From: an uncultured Clostridia bacterium
GTDB lineage: Bacteria; Bacillota; Clostridia; TANB77; UBA1234
Direction of reading: 5' to 3'
Length of the DNA stretch: 64,000 nucleotides
Assembly: GCA_934132775.1 (NCBI GenBank)
Contig: CAKPAA010000009.1
Location: forward strand, 7,682-71,681
The position numbers were made by a program, and so were the translations under genes. This document shows positions 23,701 to 31,325 of the stretch, in pieces; the stretch's first letter is position 1, and every line of letters begins with the position of its first letter. The notes below the pieces were generated by a model. It saw only the letters and a program-made list of their open reading frames with translations. It did no database searches and had not been told where the DNA came from.

Positions 23701-24379
23701 CTCCAATTACTTTCTGGCAAACTTTACATTCTTGCCAATGATAATTATCATCATGCTTATCTATTGCATAATCACTGCAATTATGATTTTCACTTGCACC
23801 ATATGGATTTATTCCTGTAACATCTATTATGGTACTATTTAATGACATAACTTCAATCAATTTTTCAGCTGTCTCATCAGCATCATTTGCAAGAACCACA
23901 ATGGCTATATCGTTTTGTACATTCATTGAAACAGCATCTGCACTATCTATTTTCCCTTCTGATGTTAAAATTTCACTTCTTGACTTAAATTTTTCAAATA
24001 TGCCTACTTCGTCATCTTTTTTAGACAACTTTACAAGCCAAATTTCTGAATATTCATTTTCATCTTCACTAATAGCTACCCTTTTTTCAAGTCCCTTATA
24101 TGCATCTAAATCAAGTAATTTATTAGCATTTGTATCCGAAATCCCTTTTAAATTTTGAAGTTTATAATCTCTCATATTTTGCATTGTTTTATTCAAATTA
24201 GTATTATTATTAAGTGGTTCCATCCCTGAATTTGCAATATTCCCACCTATTAGAAAAGCCGATTGTAACTTCTCGTTTTTTATTATTTGTTGAGTTGTAA
24301 TAATAGATCCCAGCACCACAATAACAAGCGAAACAGTGATACTAATTAATAAAATTCTTTTTCTTTCGTTTAATTTCAT
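14783..24379 (-). CDS. giant (~3199 aa) signal-anchored modular surface protein: four ~640-aa modules each with a Cys/His-rich domain, Ig-like and MBG-like domains; C-terminal region with a further Ig-like domain
   Basis: N-terminus MKLNERKRILLISITVSLVIVVLGSI (TM/signal) with RBS AGGGAGAG. Repeated blocks VDVTGINPYGASENHNCSDYAIDK...HWQECKVCQKV... and TVTLPNEKYKYTG...VSY..N...G.ATV.ITGKG.YTGTK. No LPXTG motif seen. Confidence 0.8.
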   Translation of the reverse strand: MKLNERKRILLISITVSLVIVVLGSIITTQQIIKNEKLQSAFLIGGNIANSGMEPLNNNTNLNKTMQNMRDYKLQNLKGISDTNANKLLDLDAYKGLEKRVAISEDENEYSEIWLVKLSKKDDEVGIFEKFKSRSEILTSEGKIDSADAVSMNVQNDIAIVVLANDADETAEKLIEVMSLNSTIIDVTGINPYGASENHNCSDYAIDKHDDNYHWQECKVCQKVIGEKVAHTYTKEYWTMGDSCSANNKLVHICSCGYTYETENTREHKNVGYVANNIIHIKECRDCRDFVGTMEEHVDQNNNVLSCVTKKSGTCAICGSWVSAGHSVGTTYNELTHSYNAGICDGCREKIIDIDKSTLNIVRGSDGKMSLEAKIVLMKNATNCVIINKPRFYNDNVGTSESFDYTLNDNIITISTDCKYNNDIEMIQQFVLFNAYINYDGSNVQSNIGIYASLLPEVIAPIVNSIDTNATNESNGWAKNLKITISGTENYCSSVNITMKDKSTGSTVYTGSASVDSTTRAYSLEFAPNIGADELGKEYEIIVADILGNTTTKTITVSKVDSVKPSVNKTNQLDSTGAWTTATNWSKIKDFTIIATDEGSNIAKIKFQDANGFVDDYGITEIDTSVTPALNKREYTFTGNVKGFVTANVYLVDAAGNETVEQLRIYNLDNTKPTIECELEGVKNQPMTITLKDSGAGIVGWQVTRSDTAPSENDSNWNNVTTVRELTITYTPTTSGRYYIWAKDGAGNISEVKYFNADKTDVSELTVTLPNEKYKYTGIGITPEPTVKDGTSKLIKDADYEVSYKENTESGVATVIITGKGAYTGTKEVTFLIYIGKTTVDVTGINPYGASENHNCSDYAIDKYNENYHWQECKVCQKVIGEKVAHTYTKEYWTMGESCSRYNKQVHICSCGYQYSSENTREHTYGDGLVTNTYEYFHHKSCKKCGETGFSEKCVDENGNTLSCSNLGKCAICNGNLTIAYHTNSGWAKNGEFKCKNCGQAIGTVDNYAIEYIEDGYWKAKIEFVPAREFVDISDTYWIVPNLGTIVNKKISTRDGKTIVEGEFKANSGVENSVHMSVGIKAKTADGAAWHITENFNVAPENVKPVIENIDVKKLLIKDGWSTNCLIKITGTENYCSSVNITMKDKATKATVYTGTASVDSTTRAYSLEFAPNIGADELGKEYEITVADILRNATTKTITVSKVDSAKPTVNKTNQLDSTGVWATATNWSKIKDFTIIATDEGSNIAKIKFQDANGFVDDYGITEIDTSVTPALNKREYTFTGNVKGFVTANVYLVDAAGNETVEQLRIYNLDNTKPTIECELEGVKNQPMTITLKDSGAGIVGWQVTRSDTAPSENDSNWNNVTTVRELTITYTPTTSGRYYVWAKDVAGNINEVKYFNADKTDVSELTVTLPNEKYKYTGIGITPEPAVKDGTSKLIKDADYEVSYKENTESGVATVIITGKGSYVGTKEVTFLIYVDRTIIDVTGINPYGVGENHNCSDYAIDKYDENYHWQECKVCQKVIGEKVAHTYTKEYWTMGDSCSSNNKLVHICSCGYTYETENTREHKNIGYSANNFIHIKECKDCRDFIGTAEQHVDKDNNVLSCVTGKAGNCAICGSWVASGHSVGTTYNGLTGSYNAGTCDGCGEKIIDIDNSTLNIVRGSDGKMSLEAKIVLMKNATNCVLINTSRFYNDTVGTSESFDYTLNDNIITISTDCKYNDGIETIQQFVLFNAYINYGGSDVQSNIGIYASLLPEVIAPTVNSLDINSTNESNGWAKNLKIIISGTENYCSSVNITMKDKSTGSTVYTGSASVDSTTRAYSLEFAPNIGADELGKEYEIIVADILGNTTTKTITVSKVDSVKPSVNKTNQLDSTGAWTTATNWSKIKDFTIIATDEGSNIAKIKFQDANGFVDDYGITEIDTSVTPALNKREYTFTGNVKGFVTANVYLVDEAGNEAVEQLKIYNLDNIAPTIECKLEVVKNQPTTITLKDSGSGIVGWQITRSDTAPSENDSNWNNVTAVNRLTITYTPTTLGRYYIWAKDAVGNVNEVKYFDANKTDVSELEVTLPNDKFEYTGFEITPKPTVKDGGMTLKEGTDYDISYIDNVEPGVATVIITCKGAYTGTKEVTFLIYIGKTTVDVTGINPYGASENHNCSDYAIDKYNENYHWQECKVCQKVIGEKVAHTYTKEYWTMGESCSPSNKLVHTCECGWSYKTDNYRTHNIFMNGNLAYHVKDCRDCLNYGGTPEKHYNENGILGCSTGVSGICSVCGAYIPGDAHQTSNSYNFTNNTFWGTECTACGKELVENQTYTITYDETKFYIDMKLTYTVTLANITNTIVSFYNPNYGDITNSYYTVDNNTIYYHLEGSAKPEIQETVVVQYVISGEDSNGIGYTFLNAVHLNPDGIAPEISDISSIESSSSDWNTNYTLTVSGTENYCSSVNITMKDKATGSTVYTGTASVDSTTRAYSLEFAPNIGADELGKEYEITVADTLRNTTIKTITVSKVDSVKPSVSKANQLDSTGAWATATGWSKTKDFTIIATDEGSQIARIKFQDANGFKDIYGVTDRDTSTNPIKNIREYIFTGDVYGFVTANVYIIDAAGNETVEQLRIYNLDNTAPSIEYSGKLMRNKEFSITLKDAGSGVSAWQVTTTNTEPTSGWTSVTTAKEVTVKYTPNALGKYYIWAKDAVGNVSLAKEVDVDKADIDEVTVELGKYTYIFENKQIKPKEIVKDGETVLTKGVDYEVSYGPNFDVGKGSVTITGKGMYEGSKSVLFDITPAPMAGYVTINGINKCGETLSVDTSGIIPTGCSFSYKWYTNSDGITTGGTAIGGATASKYVPEYADIGKYIYVEVTASKKNYITATFADVTDKTVNKYDTVVGDINRKPTIRFEQKQVAIDEVEITAIIKSVNTISRISVNNVVIDRSEYAGTLTKENYEMTVTLRYKVLVNGVYNFEVEDELGNVVSDKINVSTIINKAPAISYQKYNATYFEGAKIVFESDIPVRIKSPEQYEDDGITFDTKYYATKITTRIAEGKDMLVDKTFEFESDKQVMLSVTVQAPIYTKNFYIRTAKESTSPINVTVSEACSLAEGMSNSKALVGNKVEQYYGTRSNTKVNVATGKDLDVAQVLGASAKTSSIDTKGILNETPATENVATSNGSYMNSNVTGVYTKTTGMLDTDNLDTNSTEKYNTFRLTIKP
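16200..23850. repeat. four tandem ~1.9-2.0 kb near-identical intragenic DNA modules inside the giant surface-protein gene
   Basis: Antisense ORF fragments recur almost identically at 16836/20742 (offset 3906), 17714/21611 (offset 3897) and 21611/23480 (offset 1869). Long exact stretches are shared between modules 1/3 and 2/4. Confidence 0.6.
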
Positions 24380-24974
24380 TACAAACTCTCCCTTCAAAGT
24401 TTATTCAATAAAAAATGTGTGCTAATAACAAATTTTAAATCTATCAAATTATTTCTTTAAATATTGCATTTAAAAAATATCAACATTACTTATGAAAATT
24501 ATAGTCTGAAGTTAAGACTTTGTAAACACACGCACGCGTGCATATATAGTAATAAGTAGGGTTTGAAAGATTTGCTAAGACTAAAAGCACTTACGGAAGT
24601 ACTTTTTAACATATTAACACTATAAATAAATTGAATTGAATATTAAATTTGTGTTACTATTTTGTTACAAATTAGTTACAAGATATGTAATGCTTTTGTA
24701 ATATTTAATACAAATTTGTATTTCCGTAGGTTATTCATTTGATCTAAATATTTTTATTTTGAATAAATTGGAATTTTAAATACAGATATAAAAATAAAGT
24801 CTACGTATATTGATTTTTCATATACATAGACTCTAAATTATTTTCATTCAATAATAATTTAAAATAATATTCTATTTTATTCTTAGTTAATCCTTTAATT
24901 CTGTTAATTATTTTTTCATTTTAATTATATTTTTAATACGTACAACTACTGATTTTTGGCATTACCTGCCTATT

Positions 24975-25655
24975 TTATTTTTCTTCAAATTCTTTCTTTA
25001 CGATTTTATAAATCTCTTCGTGTATATCTTCTATTGTTCTAATATTTCCATCTTCATCAACACAGTTAATGATATTCCAATTAAATTTTTCGGCTATCCA
25101 AATAGAATTTTCATAAGCTCTTTTTAAATATTCTTCATCTTCTTCGTGAATATCTCTAGTGCCAGAAGATGTCGTGCCTCTGGCCTTTTTTAGTTCTTTT
25201 ACTTTTTCAAAAGGCATTTTAAGCATTATAACCTTATCCTCTTTGGGAATTTGTAGTGTTCCAACTTCAAAATCGTACAACCAACTTATAAACTTTTCTT
25301 TCTCTTCTTGTGTTTCCAACTTGCAAGCTTGGTGTAAGATATTAGAAGTTATGTATCTTGCAAATAATACGTTTCCCCCATCTCTATATGTTTTGCCCCA
25401 ATCTTTTGTTTTATATGAATGATATCTATCCAAAGCATAAAATGTTGAAGCTGTTTTAGCACTCACGTCACTTGGATGCAATCCATATGTACCTGCCAAA
25501 TATTCCTTCACAAAGAAACAACTTCCAGAATCATAATCAGGGAAACTATCAGTTGAAAATTTAATATTCTCATTTTTTAATCGTTCACACAATTTCTCAT
25601 ATTGTGTTGATTTTCCACTGCAATCTGTTCCTTCAATAACAACTATCTTACCCAT
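24975..25655 (-). CDS. thymidylate kinase-family P-loop nucleotide kinase (Tmk-like)
   Basis: P-loop VIEGTDCSGKST and a DRY motif (ALDRYHSY). Likely start is MGKIVV at 25655. Confidence 0.55.
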   Translation of the reverse strand: MGKIVVIEGTDCSGKSTQYEKLCERLKNENIKFSTDSFPDYDSGSCFFVKEYLAGTYGLHPSDVSAKTASTFYALDRYHSYKTKDWGKTYRDGGNVLFARYITSNILHQACKLETQEEKEKFISWLYDFEVGTLQIPKEDKVIMLKMPFEKVKELKKARGTTSSGTRDIHEEDEEYLKRAYENSIWIAEKFNWNIINCVDEDGNIRTIEDIHEEIYKIVKKEFEEK

Positions 25656-25862
25656 TATAATACCTCCAAATATCTTATATTTTATTAAATAAAAGCACTG
25701 AAACATTGCAAGCTAAAAGAAATTCATCGTACAACTTTTCATATTAACAAACTTAAATTTCTTTTCACTGCCACGTCAATTATATCATAATGAATAATTG
25801 TTTGTGAGTAATTTGTAATTAAAAGCAAAAAAGATTTGCAAAGTAATTGCAAACCCTTTTAG

Positions 25863-25938
25863 TGGTGCCTATTCGCGGAATCGAACCACGGACACAGGGA
25901 TTTTCAGTCCCTTGCTCTACCAACTGAGCTAAATAGGC
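25863..25938 (-). tRNA. tRNA-Phe (GAA)
   Basis: Reverse complement folds as a cloverleaf. Acceptor GCCTATT/AATAGGC, anticodon loop CTGAAAA, TTCGATT T-loop, CCA encoded. Confidence 0.9.
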
Positions 25939-25988
25939 ATATATTAAATTCCTCTATAAAATAAAAATAACCATTTCATAAAATAAAA

Positions 25989-26065
25989 TGGCGACCTGAA
26001 AGGGGCTCGAACCCTCGACCTCTAGCGTGACAGGCTAGCGCTCTAACCAACTGAGCTATCAGGCC
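25989..26065 (-). tRNA. tRNA-Asp (GTC)
   Basis: Reverse complement GGCCTGATAGCTCAGTTGGTTAGAGCG..., anticodon loop CTGTCAC, CCA encoded, 77 nt. Confidence 0.9.
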
Positions 26066-26117
26066 GTATACATTGCATAGCTTAATGTATTAAAGCCTGC
26101 AGTTCTTAAATAAAAAG

Positions 26118-26193
26118 TGGTGGGCACTATAGGGCTCGAACCTATGACCTCCTGCTTGTAAGGCAGATGCTCTCCCAGCTGAGCTAAGCGCCC
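26118..26193 (-). tRNA. tRNA-Val (TAC)
   Basis: Reverse complement GGGCGCTTAGCTCAGCTGGGAGAGCATCTGCCTTACAAGCAGGAGGTC..., anticodon loop CTTACAA, CCA encoded. Confidence 0.9.
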
Positions 26194-26602
26194 ACTTCCT
26201 ATGTCCTTTCGACTCTCTTAGTATACTTTAAGTTTAGATATTTGTCAACAACTTTTTTAATATTTTTTGACGTTTTTTACGAATCTAGTTATATCAAGTA
26301 TTACAAGTCAAAAACATTCTATTTTGCTAATTAAAAAGATTCTTTTTGTACATTATTTTATTAAATAAAATCATTATATAAAAGTTTTCAGATTTAATAA
26401 ATGTTTTTGTCGTTAAAAGAAAATAATTAAACTAAAATGAACCCTTCTTGTTATAACTCTTTATCTAACATTCTGGGTTCAGTTCATAAATTTTATCTTT
26501 TTTTAATTTCTTATAAACTCTAATTTATTCTATAATTACTGACATAAAACTTTTGTAAATAATAATCATCAATTCATTAGTCAGTTTTTTATTTTACAAC
26601 CA

Positions 26603-27658
26603 TTACTCTTCTGATAATTTTGCAGCTCTATCAGCAGCATTTAATGCGTCTATCATCTCATCAATGTCACCATTTAAGAAAGAATCTACTTGATACATAC
26701 TAAGCCCTATTCTGTGGTCTGTTATTCTTCCTTGTGGAAAATTGTATGTTCTTATCTTTTCTGACCTGTCTCCACTTCCAACTTGGCTTCTTCTTGCATC
26801 AGCTTGTTCTTTTGTTTGCTTTTCTAATTCCGCCTCATACAATTTAGCTCTAAGCATTGACATTGCTGTTTCTCTGTTTTGAATTTGTGAACGTTCTGTT
26901 TGACATTCAACAACAACACCCGTTGGAATGTGTGTAATTCTTATTGCAGATTCTGTTTTATTGATATGTTGTCCACCAGCACCACTTGATCTAAATGTAT
27001 CTACCTTCAAATCTGTTGGATTAATTTCAATTTCAACATCACTTACCTCTGGCAAAACTGCAACTGTTGCAGTTGAAGTATGAATCCTTCCGCTAGATTC
27101 AGTATCTGGAACTCTTTGTACTCTATGCACACCACTCTCAAATTTTAATCTGCTGTATGCTCCTTTACCAGTAATCATGAATGTAACTTCCTTAATTCCA
27201 CCAAGCTCTGTTTCGTTTAAATTAACAACTTCAAGTTTCCAATGCTTCTTCTCTGCATACATACTATACATTCTAAATAAATCTGCTGCAAATAGTGAAG
27301 ATTCTTCTCCACCAGCTCCACCTCTAATTTCAACTATAACGTTTTTATCATCATTTGGATCCTTTGGAACCAATAAAAGCTTTAATTCTTCTTCTATTTT
27401 AGGAAGTTTTTCTTTGTTTTCATCTAGTTCAGCTTGTGCTAGATCGTGCATTTCCTTATCGTTTAACATTTCTTTTAAATCTTCTATTGATTGCACAACT
27501 TTTTTATATTCTCTATATTTATCTACTATATCAGCAATATCAGCATGTTCTTTCATCAGCTTTTGCCACTCTGTTTGGTTCGCAATCACCTCAGGATCAC
27601 TAATCTTTTGATTTAATTCTTCATAACGTTTTTCAACATTTTCTAATTTATCAAACAT
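26603..27658 (-). CDS. prfA: peptide chain release factor 1
   Basis: GGQ motif ([11 protein letters not shown]). RF1-type tripeptide region [17 protein letters not shown]. 351 aa and uninterrupted, so there is no RF2-type programmed frameshift. Confidence 0.85.
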   Translation of the reverse strand: MFDKLENVEKRYEELNQKISDPEVIANQTEWQKLMKEHADIADIVDKYREYKKVVQSIEDLKEMLNDKEMHDLAQAELDENKEKLPKIEEELKLLLVPKDPNDDKNVIVEIRGGAGGEESSLFAADLFRMYSMYAEKKHWKLEVVNLNETELGGIKEVTFMITGKGAYSRLKFESGVHRVQRVPDTESSGRIHTSTATVAVLPEVSDVEIEINPTDLKVDTFRSSGAGGQHINKTESAIRITHIPTGVVVECQTERSQIQNRETAMSMLRAKLYEAELEKQTKEQADARRSQVGSGDRSEKIRTYNFPQGRITDHRIGLSMYQVDSFLNGDIDEMIDALNAADRAAKLSEE

Positions 27659-27785
27659 TTTATTTATCCACCTTTTTATATTTTTTCACTCTATGTATTA
27701 TATTACAGTTTTATGTAATTTGCAATCAAAAAAAAGACAGCAATTGCCGTCTTTTTTGAGGTTCTATGTTCTTGATTTGCTTATT

Positions 27786-27977
27786 TTAAATAAACAAATC
27801 AAGAACGTTAATGAGAAGCCAAACGGCTAAAAGTCGCTTTATCAGCCACCAGACGCCGTACCGACCTCCGCTGAGCACCCGTACTAAGGTACCGATAAGA
27901 ATCAACACCATTACCTTGCCGTCAAGCGACAGGTACATAAACCTGTCTAGCAGTACGGAAAAACCATTTGCCAGCAT
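27786..27977 (-). CDS. small (63 aa) 2-TM membrane protein; may be the 3' half of a single ~150-aa gene split at an A6 tract
   Basis: Start MLANGF with an upstream AAGGGAAG. It overlaps the upstream ORF by 8 nt at an AAAAAAG homopolymer. The -1 frame is open across the junction. Confidence 0.3.
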   Translation of the reverse strand: MLANGFSVLLDRFMYLSLDGKVMVLILIGTLVRVLSGGRYGVWWLIKRLLAVWLLINVLDLFI

Positions 27978-27982
27978 ATACG

Positions 27983-28252
27983 TCACTTCCCTTTCTTTTT
28001 TCGCGGTACTGGTTGTCCCAGCAAAATAAATGCAAGACACAGTATAATAATTACTATGACCTGCGTGGATGTCGGAAATATCATTCCAAACATCTTGAAA
28101 CAACCGGCTGTTACCAGCAAGCTGATATACATACCAACTGCTTTGGCAACCCGTCTCCCAAGCACCAGTCTCGTGAGACAGACAATCAAGAAAATGGCAA
28201 ACACGAATCCGTTTGTTGCCACTTTCAAAATGACATTAGCCATCGCGCTCAT
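27983..28252 (-). CDS. small (89 aa) 3-TM membrane protein with basic C-terminus, in a GC-elevated islet
   Basis: Start MSAMANVILK is preceded by RBS GGGAGG. Local GC is about 45-50% against a ~30% background. Confidence 0.35.
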   Translation of the reverse strand: MSAMANVILKVATNGFVFAIFLIVCLTRLVLGRRVAKAVGMYISLLVTAGCFKMFGMIFPTSTQVIVIIILCLAFILLGQPVPRKKKGK

Positions 28253-28329
28253 ACAAGCGAACCTCCCTAAAATTCTATTTTGCAATTTCATTTTACAACA
28301 TTTTTGGCCTTATGTCAACTTAATATTTC

Positions 28330-28908
28330 TCACGGTCTCACGCATTCTATAATAATATTGATTACGTCTTCAATATTGTCCTTACAGTCATTTATAGTCC
28401 ACTCTCTAATTATTGCCATTATCCCTTGAATATAAAACTGCAACATATACTTTCTCTTATGATTTGGAATATTGTACTTATCAAGAATAGGATTAAATAT
28501 ATACTTTTCCAACCCCAAATAAGCTTCTTTTGCTCTCATAACTGTAGGATTTTTAAAAGCAGCCATAAATAATTTTTTGTTATTTTTGACAAACTCCAAA
28601 TAAATTTTTAAATATTCTTCATTTACTAAAATTAAATCTTCTTTGCTAGATGTATTTATTTTTTCAATGAAGTCTTTCGGACTTATATTAAAGTGTGTCA
28701 CTAATTTGTTTACCGTGTACTCCAAAGTTTCATTAAGCAAATCATCTATTGACTCATAATGAAGATAGAAAGTAGATCTGTTAAAACCTGCTTTTTCGCA
28801 TATTTCCTTAACTGTTATATATTCAATATCTTTCTTCTCTAATAAAATAACTAATGCTTCATCAAATAAAGAAGCAGTATTAAAATATTTACTTTCTTGC
28901 TTATTCAT
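28330..28908 (-). CDS. TetR/AcrR family transcriptional regulator
   Basis: N-terminal HTH (ITVKEICEKAGFNRSTFYLHYESIDDLL). 192 aa. Confidence 0.85.
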   Translation of the reverse strand: MNKQESKYFNTASLFDEALVILLEKKDIEYITVKEICEKAGFNRSTFYLHYESIDDLLNETLEYTVNKLVTHFNISPKDFIEKINTSSKEDLILVNEEYLKIYLEFVKNNKKLFMAAFKNPTVMRAKEAYLGLEKYIFNPILDKYNIPNHKRKYMLQFYIQGIMAIIREWTINDCKDNIEDVINIIIECVRP

Positions 28909-28930
28909 TTAATACCGCTCCTTTCCTTAA

Positions 28931-29287
28931 TTATTGCTCTGAATCTGAAATTTCTTTTGCTAACCTAATTATATCATAAGAATATTTCTCTTTTGAAGAT
29001 TCTAGTATTTTTTTGTATATTGGATAATTGACTGAAATTCCAATTATTCCAACAATTCCAATAACAATGCCTAATACAAAAGCATCACCTATGACTTTCA
29101 TAGATAAACACATACCTACTCCCAACACCAAAGCCATAATAACACCATTAGTGTAAGCAAATATTTCTGCTGGTTTCTTTGCTTTGCTATCTAACTTTTT
29201 CAATGCTATTACCTTAGACTCATTTTTCTTAGAATATTCATTAACAATATGTTCTGCATAAATCTTATCTGTATTCATTTCAAACAC
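28931..29287 (-). CDS. small membrane protein (118 aa, 2 TM), first gene of a TetR-containing operon
   Basis: Hydrophobic core FAYTNGVIMALVLGVGMCLSMKVIGDAFVLGIVIGIVGIIGISV. No domain recognised. Confidence 0.45.
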   Translation of the reverse strand: MFEMNTDKIYAEHIVNEYSKKNESKVIALKKLDSKAKKPAEIFAYTNGVIMALVLGVGMCLSMKVIGDAFVLGIVIGIVGIIGISVNYPIYKKILESSKEKYSYDIIRLAKEISDSEQ

Positions 29288-29712
29288 CTCTTCCTTTCAA
29301 ACTATGATTACATTTTACCAAGTAATACATAAAACTTGAACAACACTTAAAAGGAAAAATGTCTATTTAAAAGTTGAAAACAGTCGAATAATAAAACAAA
29401 CGTAAAATGATGAATAGTATTACTCTATTGTAAATATAATAGAGATACTTACTGAAAGCAAAGTTTCCAACGATTATTGGTCTAAATTAAAGAAAAGGAT
29501 TGATGCAAAAGAATTTACTGAACTACCGATAAATTGTCGACAGATGAAGAATGAATAGACACTAGAAATAATTTAGTCAACGAGTAGAAAATAGAGGCTC
29601 CTCAACTGAAAACTACAGTATCTTAACCGATGGAATAAGTAAAGGAACCTTTGGTAGTTTTTAACTTCAATAATTTTTCTCTGTTCATTAGCGACTCCTT
29701 ATTACCATAAAT

Positions 29713-30180
29713 TTAATTTCTATTTATTAGATGCAAAATATCTTTTTTGTTTACTAAACTATCTTTTAAGAATTTAGGTTTTAAATCCAATTCTTTTATT
29801 TGATCAATTGTTTTCCAAATAAATTCTATTTTTCCATTTTCCTCTAATCCAACAATTTTATCCATATCATATTTGTCAGATTCTTTTTCAAATTCTGCTT
29901 CATATACAATCATCAATTCATGATATTTTTTACCATTATATTCAAAGAAATTTTCTATTGTTCCTAGGTATTTTTTTATAAAAATATCTGCTCCCATTTC
30001 TTCAAGAAACTCTCTTTTTAATGCTGTTTCGGAATCTTCACCTATCATTATTCTACCACCTGATATTGCAAAAAAATCGTCTTTTTTGCTCTTATGTAAT
30101 AATATCTTATCTCCGTTTTTTATTATTGTTGCAACTCTATAATTAAATTTTATATTTTCTATCATCACTGAAACGTCCAT
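29713..30180 (-). CDS. NUDIX hydrolase
   Basis: Nudix box GGRIMIGEDSETALKREFLEEMG. Confidence 0.85.
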   Translation of the reverse strand: MDVSVMIENIKFNYRVATIIKNGDKILLHKSKKDDFFAISGGRIMIGEDSETALKREFLEEMGADIFIKKYLGTIENFFEYNGKKYHELMIVYEAEFEKESDKYDMDKIVGLEENGKIEFIWKTIDQIKELDLKPKFLKDSLVNKKDILHLINRN

Positions 30181-30317
30181 TTTATTCCTCCATACTTTTA
30201 AGTATACCTTTTGTTTAGTAAATACTGTTTTTTGTTCGATTTATCATTATATTTCATAATAATTCCAAACTTTAAATTACTAAGAATGTTTTTAAAGATC
30301 AAATATTAGACAAATAA

Positions 30318-31061
30318 CTAGCTTTTTAAAATATTTACTGCATATTTATAAAATTCTTTCATCAATATTTTTTCTTCATTTTCCAATAAAATATTTGAAT
30401 TTATCATTTGATTAACATACTCTTTTCCTTTGGTTTCACACAAAAATCTTACTAATGCGTATGAAAAATTATAACCATCATATTTATTTGTTTCTGTATC
30501 AACAAATTCTCCGTACTTTCCACCACGTTTATGAAGAAACTCTAATTTAGGAACTTCTTTCTCATAAAGTAATCTTTTTAAAAATTCTTTATATCTTTCT
30601 AAACTTCTTTCTATGAACCCTTTTTGCTCTGATAAATATGTAGCCAAACCTTCTTCAAGCCAAACGCAACTAACCCCACAAATTGTATCATGATAAACCA
30701 TATGAACAAATTCGTGAGCGATACTCGCGATTATATATCCAGTTTTTGCTTCATCTTTCAAAGATTCATCGTCACAGAAATAATTTATCATATCTCCACA
30801 ACAATCTCCGCGGTGATAAGGCGAAATATCAATATACTTTGATGAAAAGGCGTTTAATTTATCTATATCATCAAAAAGATTAATTCTTACTTTAGAATAA
30901 TTTGATAGGCAAAAGAAATTTAGTATTTTTTTACGCTGACTTAAAAATTTATCACAAAGCCTATTTAAAAACTCTTCAGAATATGGCTTATTTGCAAATA
31001 CATCAAAATAATCATTATCTATAACTTTTATATGTGGTAATTCGTTCATATAAATTCTCAC
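30318..31061 (-). CDS. putative HEXXH zinc-metallopeptidase-like protein (cytoplasmic, DUF/SprT-like)
   Basis: HEFVH motif (IAHEFVHMVYHD) with a downstream EEGLATY that could be a third ligand. No signal peptide. The true start may be MNELPH. Confidence 0.45.
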   Translation of the reverse strand: MRIYMNELPHIKVIDNDYFDVFANKPYSEEFLNRLCDKFLSQRKKILNFFCLSNYSKVRINLFDDIDKLNAFSSKYIDISPYHRGDCCGDMINYFCDDESLKDEAKTGYIIASIAHEFVHMVYHDTICGVSCVWLEEGLATYLSEQKGFIERSLERYKEFLKRLLYEKEVPKLEFLHKRGGKYGEFVDTETNKYDGYNFSYALVRFLCETKGKEYVNQMINSNILLENEEKILMKEFYKYAVNILKS

Positions 31062-31249
31062 CTCTCAGATGAATGATACCATTATTTTTTAAGAACATCA
31101 ATAGTAGTTGACAGAATTCAAAACACGTTATGTTGTGTCAATAAATAATTTTTTCAGTGTCGGTGACTGTCAAATTCACTCATCATAGAGCAAAATATTA
31201 AAAAATAAATCCTTAAAGTCTTTGAAACTCTAAGGATTTACTGTTTTTT

Positions 31250-31325
31250 TGGTTGCGAGGGCTGGACTCGAACCAGCGACCTCCGGGTTATGAGCCCGAC
31301 GAGCTGCCAACTGCTCTACCTCGCG
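31250..31325 (-). tRNA. initiator tRNA-fMet (CAT)
   Basis: Reverse complement CGCGAGGTAGAGCAG...TCGTCGGGCTCATAACCCGGAGGTC...CGCAACCA. C1:A72 mismatch. Three G-C pairs in the anticodon stem. Confidence 0.9.

Noticed and set aside
16200-23850. Possible CRISPR array or IS copies, suggested by the repeated sequence blocks
   Set aside because: The repeat units are about 1.9 kb, lie within one continuous ORF and encode protein domains. There are no short direct repeats with unique spacers and no transposase.
16341-24158. Numerous plus-strand ORFs (78-129 aa) recurring at ~1.9-3.9 kb spacing inside 14783..24379
   Set aside because: They are antisense shadows of the repeated modules of the giant surface-protein gene, not genes. 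Their recurrence simply reflects the intragenic DNA repeats.
26603-27658. Possible RF2 (prfB) with programmed +1 frameshift
   Set aside because: The ORF is uninterrupted and carries an RF1-type PxT region (PDT) rather than SPF. It is called as RF1.
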